Virus record (IMG/VR): IMGVR_UViG_3300025503_000166
Location: 1 to 33,024 of that record
Reading direction: 5' to 3' (one strand)
Source: a virus
Lineage: Duplodnaviria; Caudoviricetes
Length of the DNA stretch: 33,024 bases
This document shows positions 1-7,792 of the stretch, piece after piece; positions within the stretch are counted from its first letter, which is position 1; every line of letters starts with the position of its first letter. The position numbers and the translations under genes are program-made. The notes under the pieces are model-generated. The model had not been told where the DNA came from, made no database searches, and was given only the letters and a program-made list of their open reading frames with translations.

Positions 1-723
1 TTCTTCCACCTCGCCGGCTTGGAGGTCGCGCGTCAGCTTCGCCACCCAAAGCGAAACGGCATCGCCGTAGGGCGGATTCATATAGATGCGGCCCAGCCAG
101 CGCCGCGTAAGGCCGTCATCTGTCTTGATGATGTGGTTGCGCGCGGGGACATTGGCCTGTTCGCGCCGCGCATTGCTGCAGGGGTCCAAATCGATCTCGC
201 CGAGCACGGCGAGCACGGCCTGGACGATCTCCGGCGGCGTCAGCCATTCGTCGGAGTTGGAGGACATCGCCGCGCCGCTTGCCAGAAAGCTGTTCGTGCT
301 CGCGGTGCGCTTCATGCCCCGCAGGCGCTGCAGGCGCGCGTCGAACTCTTGCGCGGTCATCCGCGCGATCTGCTGCCACGCGGCCGACTGCTTCTTGGTG
401 ATGCCGAGGTCGTCGAGCGAGCAAAGTTCCGTTTTGGTACTTTGGTCGCCTCCGCGGCCGCGGCGCTCGCCCTTCTCAAATGCGACAAGCAGAAACTCGC
501 CCGCCTTGCGCTCAGCGTGCAGGCGCGCCTCGCGCGCCAAGCTCTCTAGTTCGCGGGCCTGCGCCTCGCGGGCGTACTGCCGGATCGCTTCGATCCGATG
601 GCGCACCTCGCGAGTTTCGGCCAGGGTCGCCGCGACGTCGATCGCGGTACGCATCTGGGTGAAAACCTGCATTGGCTCCGCATCTAGGGCGCGCGGCCCG
701 AGGGTGGCAACGGCGTGGGTCAC
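1..723 (-). CDS. Phage Dam-family DNA N6-adenine methyltransferase with N-terminal helical domain (3' end runs off the window)
   Basis: Translated by hand; no stop in the window, so absent from the track. Motifs DEWLTPPEI, IDLDPCS, DDGL..W.GRIYMNPPYG. GTG at 723 overlaps the ner stop (GTGA) and follows GAAGGGAG; alternative ATG at 672. Confidence 0.88.
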   Translation of the reverse strand, partial: MTHAVATLGPRALDAEPMQVFTQMRTAIDVAATLAETREVRHRIEAIRQYAREAQARELESLAREARLHAERKAGEFLLVAFEKGERRGRGGDQSTKTELCSLDDLGITKKQSAAWQQIARMTAQEFDARLQRLRGMKRTASTNSFLASGAAMSSNSDEWLTPPEIVQAVLAVLGEIDLDPCSNARREQANVPARNHIIKTDDGLTRRWLGRIYMNPPYGDAVSLWVAKLTRDLQAGEVEE

Positions 724-1022
724 CGGCGTGCTCCCTTCGCACAGGGCTTGCGTCTACGGTGGCCGCTGGGCATCAGGGGCGCGGCGTAACGCGACGGCCA
801 AATCTGTTCGGGTCGCATTCCGAGTGCGAGCGCGATCAGGCGCTCGGCCTTCGGGTAGGGACGCTGTAACGCCTGTTGAAGAGTGCCGACCGCGTAGCCG
901 TAATGGGCTGACAGCGCGCGCAGGCTTTTTCCGCGCTTCTTTAACGACGCGACAATGTCGGCGGGATGCATATCCTTGACATAAGCTCTCGGGTCAAATG
1001 GAATTGACTGGCGTGTCTGCAC
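720..1022 (-). CDS. ner: Ner/Nlp-family HTH transcriptional regulator
   Basis: MHPADIVASLKKRGKSLRALS...PYPKAERLIALALGMRPEQIWPSRY is the Ner signature. Start is GTG 1022 or ATG 971. Confidence 0.92.
   Translation of the reverse strand: MQTRQSIPFDPRAYVKDMHPADIVASLKKRGKSLRALSAHYGYAVGTLQQALQRPYPKAERLIALALGMRPEQIWPSRYAAPLMPSGHRRRKPCAKGARR
976..1004 (+). promoter_or_regulatory. Candidate repressor promoter (Pc)
   Basis: TTGACA (976-981), 17 bp, TGGAAT (999-1004). The -10 is imperfect. Confidence 0.4.
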
Positions 1023-1030
1023 AACGACAA

Positions 1031-1059
1031 ACCTTAGCGAAACATGTTTCGCTCGTCAA
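1031..1059 (-). promoter_or_regulatory. Early lytic promoter (Pe)
   Basis: Minus strand TTGACG (1059-1054), 17 bp, TAAGGT (1036-1031), upstream of ner. Confidence 0.7.
1036..1053. promoter_or_regulatory. Operator: perfect 18-bp palindrome
   Basis: AGCGAAACATGTTTCGCT equals its own reverse complement and fills the Pe spacer between ner and the repressor. Confidence 0.75.
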
Positions 1060-1078
1060 GAGACATGATTCGCCTCCG

Positions 1079-1537
1079 ATGAAAAAAAACGATCGCGGGG
1101 ACCCGGGGCTGATCGCGCGCCTGCAAGAGCTCGAAAAGGAAGAGGGAAGCTTCGCGGCTCTCTCGCGTCGCACGGACGTCCACGAGGCCGCCTTACGCAG
1201 TTACGTGCGCAAGGGGATTCGCATCCCGTCGGATAACATCCTCAAGATCGCGGACTCGATGGACGTATCGATCGAATGGCTGGTGGCGGGCCGCGGTCCG
1301 AAGAAGTTGCCGCGCGACGAAGAGGGGCGCCCGGTGCGCCCCTTTAACGCTCGCCTGATGCGCGAAGCGGTCGAGGTGATGGAGATCCTGAGTCGGAAGG
1401 AAAAAAAAGGAGAGTACGCTCCCGAGCAGAAGGCGATCGCCGCTCTCAGGCTGTACCGGATCTGCGATGACAAGGAGCATAGCGGGGAGCGTGTATCCCG
1501 GGAAAAGATGATAGAGATCGCGAGAGCGGTAGCATGA
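1079..1537 (+). CDS. Xre/CI-like phage repressor without an S24 peptidase domain
   Basis: HTH SFAALSRRTDVHEAALRSYVRK...ILKIADSMDVSIEWLVAGRG; divergent from ner. ATG 1079 preferred over the track start at 998. Confidence 0.85.
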   Translation: MKKNDRGDPGLIARLQELEKEEGSFAALSRRTDVHEAALRSYVRKGIRIPSDNILKIADSMDVSIEWLVAGRGPKKLPRDEEGRPVRPFNARLMREAVEVMEILSRKEKKGEYAPEQKAIAALRLYRICDDKEHSGERVSREKMIEIARAVA

Positions 1538-1691
1538 GTTACCCACTTTGCGCGTTAGCGTGCTATGGTGGCCCATCTCGGCGTCCAGGAGCACCAGGTG
1601 GGGGACGAAGATCGGCGCCCGCGCGACAGCGTTCACAAACCGGATTACAAGGCGGAGCTTCTCCAGTTGTTTGACGGGCAGCCAAAGGACC

Positions 1692-1931
1692 GTGCGAATC
1701 GTGGTGACCGTTGAGGCCCCGCACGGAGATGGACCGAAGCGCGCGCCCAAAAAGAGCTGGATCGACGAGCTGGCGCAGATCGTCCTCGACGAGGGGGCCC
1801 ACCACGGGATGACCAGCGAGGAGCTGATCAGCTTGGCGGCGCAGCAGTTCGGCAAGAAAGTGTCCGCGCTGGCGGCGCTGAGTGCCGACGAACTGCAACG
1901 GTTGTACGAATCTCTCAAGCACCGGCGCTGA
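1692..1931 (+). CDS. Small helical hypothetical protein; start uncertain
   Basis: The C-terminal part of track ORF 1548..1931 looks protein-like; AAGGA precedes GTG 1692/1701. Confidence 0.5.
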   Translation: MRIVVTVEAPHGDGPKRAPKKSWIDELAQIVLDEGAHHGMTSEELISLAAQQFGKKVSALAALSADELQRLYESLKHRR

Positions 1932-1954
1932 AAAAAACGAGGAGAGGAAGATCA

Positions 1955-2575
1955 ATGGACGCGGTCGTCGGCCTGATCTTTGTTGTCGCGGCATTTGCGT
2001 GGTGGGCGTGGCTGCCGATAACGATGGCGCGGCTGAAGTTGGTCGAAAAGGACGCGCGCGAGTCCGCGAAGCTGACGGAAGACGAGAAGGAAAAGCTTCC
2101 GGCACGTCACGCCAGGGCAAAAAAGGGGCTGGCGCGAGCCTGGTGTGCGGTCGCTTCCCTAACGGTGGCATTTTGGATCGGGGTCGCGGTCGTCAGCTCC
2201 GAGAGAAGTGGCGACTTGGCTGCGACACCCACGGCGAGCGATCAGGATAATGCGCAGACCCCGCTGAGCGAGAGGCAGATCCGGGATGCACGCCTGGCGC
2301 TGTGCGCAGCGGCGGCGGACGAGTATCCGGACGTGCTGGCCGGGAAGGGTCACAAGGACGCGATCACGCTCGCCAACCAGTATGCGGTCGGCGAGCGTGC
2401 GGGTGGCCGCGCGATTGGGCATGAGTGGGGTAGTTACGAGAACGGCGCGTGGAAGGATGGCGACTGCCGCGCGCTCTCGGTGGCCCAGTGGGCGCCTAGC
2501 GACGGCTACGCGGGCGATCCGATCGATCTTCCGCGGGGGGCGATTTCCGTGGTCGTGAAATCCCCAGGATTCTGA
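1955..2575 (+). CDS. Membrane protein with two TM helices and a soluble C-terminal domain (accessory gene behind the repressor)
   Basis: GAGGA/GGAG-rich RBS region; hydrophobic segments at about aa 4-22 and 63-80. Confidence 0.75.
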   Translation: MDAVVGLIFVVAAFAWWAWLPITMARLKLVEKDARESAKLTEDEKEKLPARHARAKKGLARAWCAVASLTVAFWIGVAVVSSERSGDLAATPTASDQDNAQTPLSERQIRDARLALCAAAADEYPDVLAGKGHKDAITLANQYAVGERAGGRAIGHEWGSYENGAWKDGDCRALSVAQWAPSDGYAGDPIDLPRGAISVVVKSPGF

Positions 2576-2625
2576 TCCAGTATGTTAGCGGCGGGCTTGC
2601 CGCAGCCGCGGCGTTCGTTGACCTG

Positions 2626-2676
2626 ATCAGCGGACAAATGTCCGCCCTACCGGAGGATGGAGGGCGCGCGTAACCT
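2626..2676 (+). promoter_or_regulatory. Activator-dependent late promoter of the lysis operon (Plys-like)
   Basis: 29-bp ATCAGCGGACAAATGTCCGCCCTACCGGA, identical to 12907-12935, with dyad GCGGACA-AA-TGTCCGC; -10-like TAACCT at 2671-2676. Confidence 0.78.
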
Positions 2677-2683
2677 CGCACGC

Positions 2684-2737
2684 GTGTCCATCTATGCTGC
2701 TCCTATCATAGCCACCATCGCCGGGGTGCTCCGATGA
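2684..2737 (+). CDS. Possible leaderless 17-aa hydrophobic mini-ORF
   Basis: GTG 7 nt after the -10; encodes MSIYAAPIIATIAGVLR; its stop overlaps the endolysin ATG (ATGA). Confidence 0.3.
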   Translation: MSIYAAPIIATIAGVLR

Positions 2738-3144
2738 GTGCCCCGGCGAACTGGTCTGAAGAGCGCGCCGCGATCCGGCGTGTCGCCGAGCGTTTTGGCG
2801 TCGATCCGCGTTTTGTCGCGGCTATCCGCAAGCAGGAAAACGGCGGTCCCGGCCGCGAGTTCGGCGTGCTGGACGGCTACGCCACCACCTACGATCTGCA
2901 GCTACAAGAATGCTGCCGCACCGTCGCCCATCGAGTGTTTATCTACCAGGCGCGCGGTCGCCTGTTCGCCTACAACGAGTCCGGGCTGACCTACAGCCGG
3001 GAGTTCTTGCACTATTTCGCGGCCATCTGGGCGCCGATCGGCGTAGCGAACGATCCCACGAATCTCAACGCGAACTGGCTGCCCGGCGTGACCCAGTTGT
3101 ATGCGATGTTCACCGGCCCGAACGGCCTGGACGCCCTGGTCTGA
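2734..3144 (+). CDS. Endolysin, minimal lysozyme-fold glycosidase
   Basis: AERFGVDPRFVAAIRKQE (catalytic Glu at helix end) and WAPIGVANDPTNLNANWLPGV; first main gene of the late operon. Confidence 0.72.
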   Translation: MSAPANWSEERAAIRRVAERFGVDPRFVAAIRKQENGGPGREFGVLDGYATTYDLQLQECCRTVAHRVFIYQARGRLFAYNESGLTYSREFLHYFAAIWAPIGVANDPTNLNANWLPGVTQLYAMFTGPNGLDALV

Positions 3145-3156
3145 AGGAGACGGCTC

Positions 3157-3249
3157 GTGGCGGAGATATCTGTGCCCGAGCTTTATTTACGCCGTCCCGT
3201 ACGCGCTAGGGCCAAGACCTCGGCGCCTGTCGAAAGGAGAGACCCGTGA
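3157..3249 (+). CDS. Possible 30-aa peptide
   Basis: AAGGAGA 6 nt before GTG; encodes MAEISVPELYLRRPVRARAKTSAPVERRDP; stop overlaps the next start (GTGA). Confidence 0.35.
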   Translation: MAEISVPELYLRRPVRARAKTSAPVERRDP

Positions 3250-3860
3250 AGCTTAAGCATTACGTCACTCTGGCGCTCGCGTTCGTGCTCACCCTGGCGC
3301 CTCAGGCAATGACTTTCGTGCCCCCCGCTTATCGCGACCTCGCCAGTGCCGTAATGGCGCTGCTCTCCTCGATCTATCACCTTTTTCAGGCGACTCCGGC
3401 CCCGGCCGCCGCCGTCATTAAGCTGCCCGGCCGCGGCCTGACGGCCCTGTGGGTGGTGCTCGTGCTCGGCGCTCTGGCGCTCCAAAGTTGCACGTCCTCC
3501 AGTCTTGCTACGGCCGAGAGTTCCGCCGGCGAGCTGGTCAGTTACGGGATCCCCTACACCCAGGCAAAGATGACCGCCGCATGCGCGCGTCCCAGCTCGG
3601 ACGTGATCGCGGCAACCGCCTGCCTCAATATGAAGACTTTCGCGGCGTTCTGCCTGGCGAACCTGCCGCAGCAGGCCCAAGGCGTCAACGCCGCGATTGG
3701 CGCGGCGGGCGCGGTGGGCGCGGCTACGGGTAATGCCGCTGTGGCGACGGGAGCGGCAGTTGCGGCGGCAGCAAACACAGCGCTCGTGCCGGCGTTCTCG
3801 GCTGCCCAATTGGCGCAGTGCGCTTCGGGCGGCTTTCCGATGGCGAGCGCGGCTCACTGA
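3246..3860 (+). CDS. Lysis-region membrane protein: holin-like N-terminus plus internal lipobox
   Basis: RBS AAAGGAG; two N-terminal hydrophobic helices, a third ending LALQSC (Cys82), Ala/Gly-rich tail. Confidence 0.7.
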   Translation: MKLKHYVTLALAFVLTLAPQAMTFVPPAYRDLASAVMALLSSIYHLFQATPAPAAAVIKLPGRGLTALWVVLVLGALALQSCTSSSLATAESSAGELVSYGIPYTQAKMTAACARPSSDVIAATACLNMKTFAAFCLANLPQQAQGVNAAIGAAGAVGAATGNAAVATGAAVAAAANTALVPAFSAAQLAQCASGGFPMASAAH

Positions 3861-3869
3861 GGATTTCAG

Positions 3870-4430
3870 ATGACGCTGCCCTTCCTGCCCTTCCAAGCAA
3901 AGCCCGGCGATATCATGGGCCTGAGGGGATCCGGTTGGATTTCAGACCAAATCTGCGAACTGACCCGGCCGTCATCTCCGATCATCTGGGAGGGCGTCGC
4001 GATCGAATGGAGTCACGTCGGCATAGTTACCGCGGTGGCGCCCTTCGTCCAGGTGACCGAGGCGCTGACAAAGGTGCGGACGCGCCCCATCGATGTTTCG
4101 ATTGCAGAGGCTGAGTTCGCGTGGATCGCCCAGTTGGGGGCTCTGACGGATCAGCAGCGCGCAATGCTCGCGCGCAAGGCGCTGAGTTTCTCGGCGGACG
4201 ATTACGGGTACGCGGATATCGGGCTGCAGGCGCTGGATAGCGTGACGCGGTCGCGCTGGTTCACCCAGCATTTTGCAGAGCGTCGATTCCCTATCTGCTC
4301 AATGCTGGACGCGCTGGACTACGACTCGATCGGCATCCGGTTGGGCATCAGCGCGAGCAGCGCCACTCCCAACGACCTTGCGCGCTATGTCACCACCCAC
4401 GCGGGCTGGGCGGTCCAGGCGGTGAAGTGA
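3870..4430 (+). CDS. Permuted papain-like (NlpC/P60, YaeF/YiiX-type) hydrolase
   Basis: KPGDI, WSHVGIV (His), DYGY and ICS (Cys), with His before Cys. Confidence 0.8.
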   Translation: MTLPFLPFQAKPGDIMGLRGSGWISDQICELTRPSSPIIWEGVAIEWSHVGIVTAVAPFVQVTEALTKVRTRPIDVSIAEAEFAWIAQLGALTDQQRAMLARKALSFSADDYGYADIGLQALDSVTRSRWFTQHFAERRFPICSMLDALDYDSIGIRLGISASSATPNDLARYVTTHAGWAVQAVK

Positions 4431-4705
4431 CGCCTCGGCGCGGCGCCATCGCGGTACTGATACTCGCGGGAGCGCTGGGATGCGGCGTGCGTCAGACCTA
4501 TTACCAGAATGAGCCGGCGCGCGGATGGTGCGTGGTGACACGAGTCTCCGGCTACTTCTGGGAGCCCATCGCAATCAATCACACCTGCCGCGACGCAAGC
4601 GGACACTACACCCAGAAGCTGGGCACGATGTCGGCGAGCATCCCGGGCCTGAGCGGCCTGGCAAGCGAAGTTGGACCGACGATGCCTATTACTCCGACGC
4701 CGTAG
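4427..4705 (+). CDS. Small lipoprotein (possible o-spanin)
   Basis: Basic N-terminus, hydrophobic core, lipobox ALGC; GTGA coupling to the upstream gene. Confidence 0.6.
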   Translation: MTPRRGAIAVLILAGALGCGVRQTYYQNEPARGWCVVTRVSGYFWEPIAINHTCRDASGHYTQKLGTMSASIPGLSGLASEVGPTMPITPTP

Positions 4706-4712
4706 GCCCCGC

Positions 4713-5024
4713 ATGAATGATACGCAGATCCTAACTTTTATCGCGGCCCACCTCTTTGAGCTGCTGAACCTCTTTATTTGGTTGATCGTCTGGCTCGTGG
4801 GCCAGACGATCGCAAAGAAGAAGGATCTGCAACCGCTGCAAGAGCGGCTGCACGAGTTGGAGCTACGCTTCGAGGCCGCTCCCGGGTGGCCCACCGCACG
4901 GGCATTGGATCGCCAGCTCGCGGAATTGTCGGCTGAGACTCGGGCGATGCGCGAGTCCGTGGTGTTGCTCAAGCACGCGATTGAGATGATTCAGAATCAC
5001 TTGCTGGAAAGCGCGCGGCAATGA
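4713..5024 (+). CDS. DUF2730 / Mu gp25-like membrane-anchored coiled-coil protein
   Basis: N-terminal TM, then RLHELELRFEAAP and a coiled coil ending NHLLE; expected position before gp26. Confidence 0.8.
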   Translation: MNDTQILTFIAAHLFELLNLFIWLIVWLVGQTIAKKKDLQPLQERLHELELRFEAAPGWPTARALDRQLAELSAETRAMRESVVLLKHAIEMIQNHLLESARQ

Positions 5025-5311
5025 ATTTCAGCGAGCGCATGACCCAAGATCGGCGCCTCATGATTCTGCGGCTGCTGGCCGAGTCGGATGACCACGCGGC
5101 GACCGAGCCGCTCCTCTGGAACGCGCTCAGCCGGGCCAGGGCGACCCTGGACCAGATCCGGGGGGACATCGCGTGGCTGCGCGAGCAGGAGCTCGTCAGG
5201 ACCGATGAGATAGCGGGTATCCAGGTCGCGATAGCAACGCAGCGGGGGCTCGACGTGGCCGCTGGGCGAGCGAGCGTGCCGGGCGTACGGCGCCCATTCC
5301 TCGAGGACTGA
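5021..5311 (+). CDS. Mu gp26-like winged-helix protein
   Basis: DRRLMILRLLAE, IAWLREQELV, TQRGLDVAAGRASVPGVRRP. Confidence 0.88.
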   Translation: MNFSERMTQDRRLMILRLLAESDDHAATEPLLWNALSRARATLDQIRGDIAWLREQELVRTDEIAGIQVAIATQRGLDVAAGRASVPGVRRPFLED

Positions 5312-5314
5312 GCG

Positions 5315-5488
5315 GTGACCATCGCGCAAAGGCAGCGCGAGATAACACGCCTGCGCACCGAGATTGGATGGGCGCGCACCCTGCACGATCACGGCGGTCC
5401 GAACTGCGAGCAGAAAGTTCTGGAGCTGCAGCGCGAGCTGCGCGAGATCGAGACGATCGAGCCAAGCGATGCGCAAATCAAAGGTTAA
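5315..5488 (+). CDS. 57-aa helical hypothetical protein (below the track cutoff)
   Basis: GAGGA RBS then GTG; MTIAQRQREITRLRTEIGWARTLHDHGGPNCEQKVLELQRELREIETIEPSDAQIKG fills the gap between gp26 and gp27. Confidence 0.55.
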   Translation: MTIAQRQREITRLRTEIGWARTLHDHGGPNCEQKVLELQRELREIETIEPSDAQIKG

Positions 5489-6026
5489 GCGGCTGCCGGC
5501 ACCGCTGCGCGAGGCGCTGGAAAGCCTGTGGCGCGAGGGGCGCTACACGCTCGATGAGCTGCTGAACCGCTTGCGCGAGATGGCACCGGCGGTCGGCGCG
5601 CGCCCGGAAGAACTTCCCTCGCGCAGCGGACTGCACTCGTATTTGCAGCATTTCGAGAAAAAATTGGCGCGCTACCGCGAAGCCCAGCAGGTAGCGGGCA
5701 TGTGGGTCGCGAAGCTTGGCGAGGACCCACAGGGCGACGTGGGACGACTGTTGGCCGAAATGCTCAAGTCGATCGCGCTGCAGACGATGGACGCGGCGGG
5801 CGAGAGCGGCGAGCCCACGGGCGCGCAGGATCTGATGCTGTTGTCGGCGGCGCTCAAGAACCTGGCCGCCGCCGAAAAAACCTGGGCGGACCGGGAATTG
5901 AGGATACGCAAGGAGCTGGCCGCGCAGGTCGAACAGGTAATCGAGCAGGAAAAGCGGCCTGGCGGCGGCTTGTCGGAAGATGCCGCGGCACGGATCCGCG
6001 CCGCGCTGTTGGGAGGCGAGAAGTGA
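5469..6026 (+). CDS. DUF3486 / Mu gp27-like putative small terminase
   Basis: RKSKVKRLP...SRSGLHSY...GLSEDAAARIRAALLG; upstream of the large terminase. Confidence 0.88.
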   Translation: MRKSKVKRLPAPLREALESLWREGRYTLDELLNRLREMAPAVGARPEELPSRSGLHSYLQHFEKKLARYREAQQVAGMWVAKLGEDPQGDVGRLLAEMLKSIALQTMDAAGESGEPTGAQDLMLLSAALKNLAAAEKTWADRELRIRKELAAQVEQVIEQEKRPGGGLSEDAAARIRAALLGGEK

Positions 6027-6253
6027 TGAACCCAGGAGAAGAAGTGAGACTGCCCACCATCGGCCAGATCGTAGTGTTCGTGCAGCCTGAGCACGAGCAA
6101 CCCTTCAATGGGCACCGGGAGCACCCAGCAGTTGTTACCGCCGTATGGGCTGCCGACTGCGTCAACCTGAAAGTGCTCTTCGATTGCGGCCCGGTCGAGG
6201 ATCGGACCTCTCAGCTTCGTGGCGAGAGCTGGGTCTGGCCCGTGGACGCCTGA
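6026..6253 (+). CDS. Small beta-barrel-like phage hypothetical protein
   Basis: PTIGQIVVF...PAVVTAVW...VNLKV...WVWP; TGATG coupling and GGAGG RBS. Confidence 0.7.
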   Translation: MNPGEEVRLPTIGQIVVFVQPEHEQPFNGHREHPAVVTAVWAADCVNLKVLFDCGPVEDRTSQLRGESWVWPVDA

Positions 6254-6262
6254 AGAGTCGCT

Positions 6263-7780
6263 ATGCCTGATAGCCTGGAGATCCTCTTGCCCTACCAGCG
6301 CGATTGGATCGCCGATCGCGCGCCGGTGAAGGTGTACGAAAAGTCGCGCCGCATCGGCATCTCCTGGACCGAGGCCGCGGATTGCGCGCTGAGCGCCGGC
6401 ACGGCAGGCGTGGCGGGACAGGATGTTTCCTACGTCGGCTACAACCGCGAGATGGCGCGGGAGTTTATCGACGATTGCGCGTTTTGGGCGCGCCGGATTC
6501 ACCGCGCAGCCGTCGAAATCAACGAAGAGCTCATCCAGGACGAGGGACGCGACATACTGGCATACCGGATCGATTTCGCCTCCGGGCACAAGATCCAAGC
6601 GCTGTCGTCGCGGCCGAGCAACCTGCGGGGACGCGAGGGAATCGCGGTGATCGATGAAGCCGCGTTCCACGACGATTTGCCCGAACTGCTCAAAGCGGCC
6701 CTCGCGTTTCTGATCTGGGGCGGATGCGTTCGGGTCATCTCGACCCACAACGGTGCCGACAACCCATTTGCGGAGCTGGTCGCCGACATCCGCGCCGGAC
6801 GCAAGTCCTACTCGCTGCATCGGACGGACTTCGACGAAGCACTGGCCGCGGGCCTCTATCGCAAGATCTGCGAGCGCAAGGGTGACCTCTGGACGCTCGA
6901 CGGCGAGCGCGCCTGGCGCGCCGAGATCATCGCGCTGTACCGCGACAACGTTGACGAGGAGCTGTTCTGTATTCCGCGGCGGGGGGGAGGCGCATATCTG
7001 CCGTCGCTCCTGATCGAGTCGCGGATGCGCGCGGAGATCCCGGTCATCCGCTGGGATTTCCCCCAGGATTTGATGTTCGACGACGAGGTAGCGCGCCGGC
7101 GCGCCGCCGAGGACTTTTGCGACGAGCATCTGGCGCCGGTTTTGCCGCGGCTCAATGACCAGCTGATCAGCGTGTTCGGCGAAGACTTCGGCCGCACCGG
7201 CGACTTGACCGTCATATGGCCGCTGCAGCTCGGCGCGGGGCTGACACGACGCACGCCATTTGTCGTCGAGCTGCGCGGCGTCCCGTTCGAGCAGCAGCGC
7301 CAGCTCCTGTTCTTCATCGTCGATCGATTGCCGCGATTCGTGGCCGGCGCGATGGATGCGCGCGGCAACGGGCAGTACCTGGCCGAGCAGGCGGCGCTCA
7401 AATACGGCGCGTGCGTGGAGCAGGTGATGCTGTCCGCGGGTTGGTATCGGGACAATATGCCGCGCTACAAGGCGGCTTTCGAGGACGGCACGATTGAGCT
7501 CCCCAAAGACGCGGACATCCTGGGGGACCATCGGATGCTGGTGATGGATCGGGGCATCGCCCACATTCCGGATCGCCGGGAGCGCGGCAGCACCGGGATG
7601 CGCCACGGCGACTCGGCGATCGCCGGCGCGCTCGCCTGGTACGCGAGCACGCTCGACCCTCCGACCTGCCGCGGTTTTATTCCGGTCGCGCGCATTCGAC
7701 CTTTCACGGAGAGGCCGAGCGACGACACGCTGGATCGCGGCGCGCAGGGAATCCGGCGCCGCCGCTTTCGAGCTTACTGA
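6263..7780 (+). CDS. terL: Terminase large subunit (Mu gp28-like)
   Basis: LLPYQ, KSRRIGISW, Walker B VIDEAAFH, GEDFGR, HGDSAIA. Confidence 0.95.
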   Translation: MPDSLEILLPYQRDWIADRAPVKVYEKSRRIGISWTEAADCALSAGTAGVAGQDVSYVGYNREMAREFIDDCAFWARRIHRAAVEINEELIQDEGRDILAYRIDFASGHKIQALSSRPSNLRGREGIAVIDEAAFHDDLPELLKAALAFLIWGGCVRVISTHNGADNPFAELVADIRAGRKSYSLHRTDFDEALAAGLYRKICERKGDLWTLDGERAWRAEIIALYRDNVDEELFCIPRRGGGAYLPSLLIESRMRAEIPVIRWDFPQDLMFDDEVARRRAAEDFCDEHLAPVLPRLNDQLISVFGEDFGRTGDLTVIWPLQLGAGLTRRTPFVVELRGVPFEQQRQLLFFIVDRLPRFVAGAMDARGNGQYLAEQAALKYGACVEQVMLSAGWYRDNMPRYKAAFEDGTIELPKDADILGDHRMLVMDRGIAHIPDRRERGSTGMRHGDSAIAGALAWYASTLDPPTCRGFIPVARIRPFTERPSDDTLDRGAQGIRRRRFRAY

Positions 7781-7792
7781 GGAGATTCTGCG

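Noticed and set aside
19-979. Plus-strand ORFs 19..549 and 86..979
   Set aside because: Antisense to the methyltransferase and ner, which carry clear motifs.
1534-1931. Single frameshifted gene joining 1565-1714 and 1692-1931
   Set aside because: No slippery sequence or recognisable homology spans the junction.
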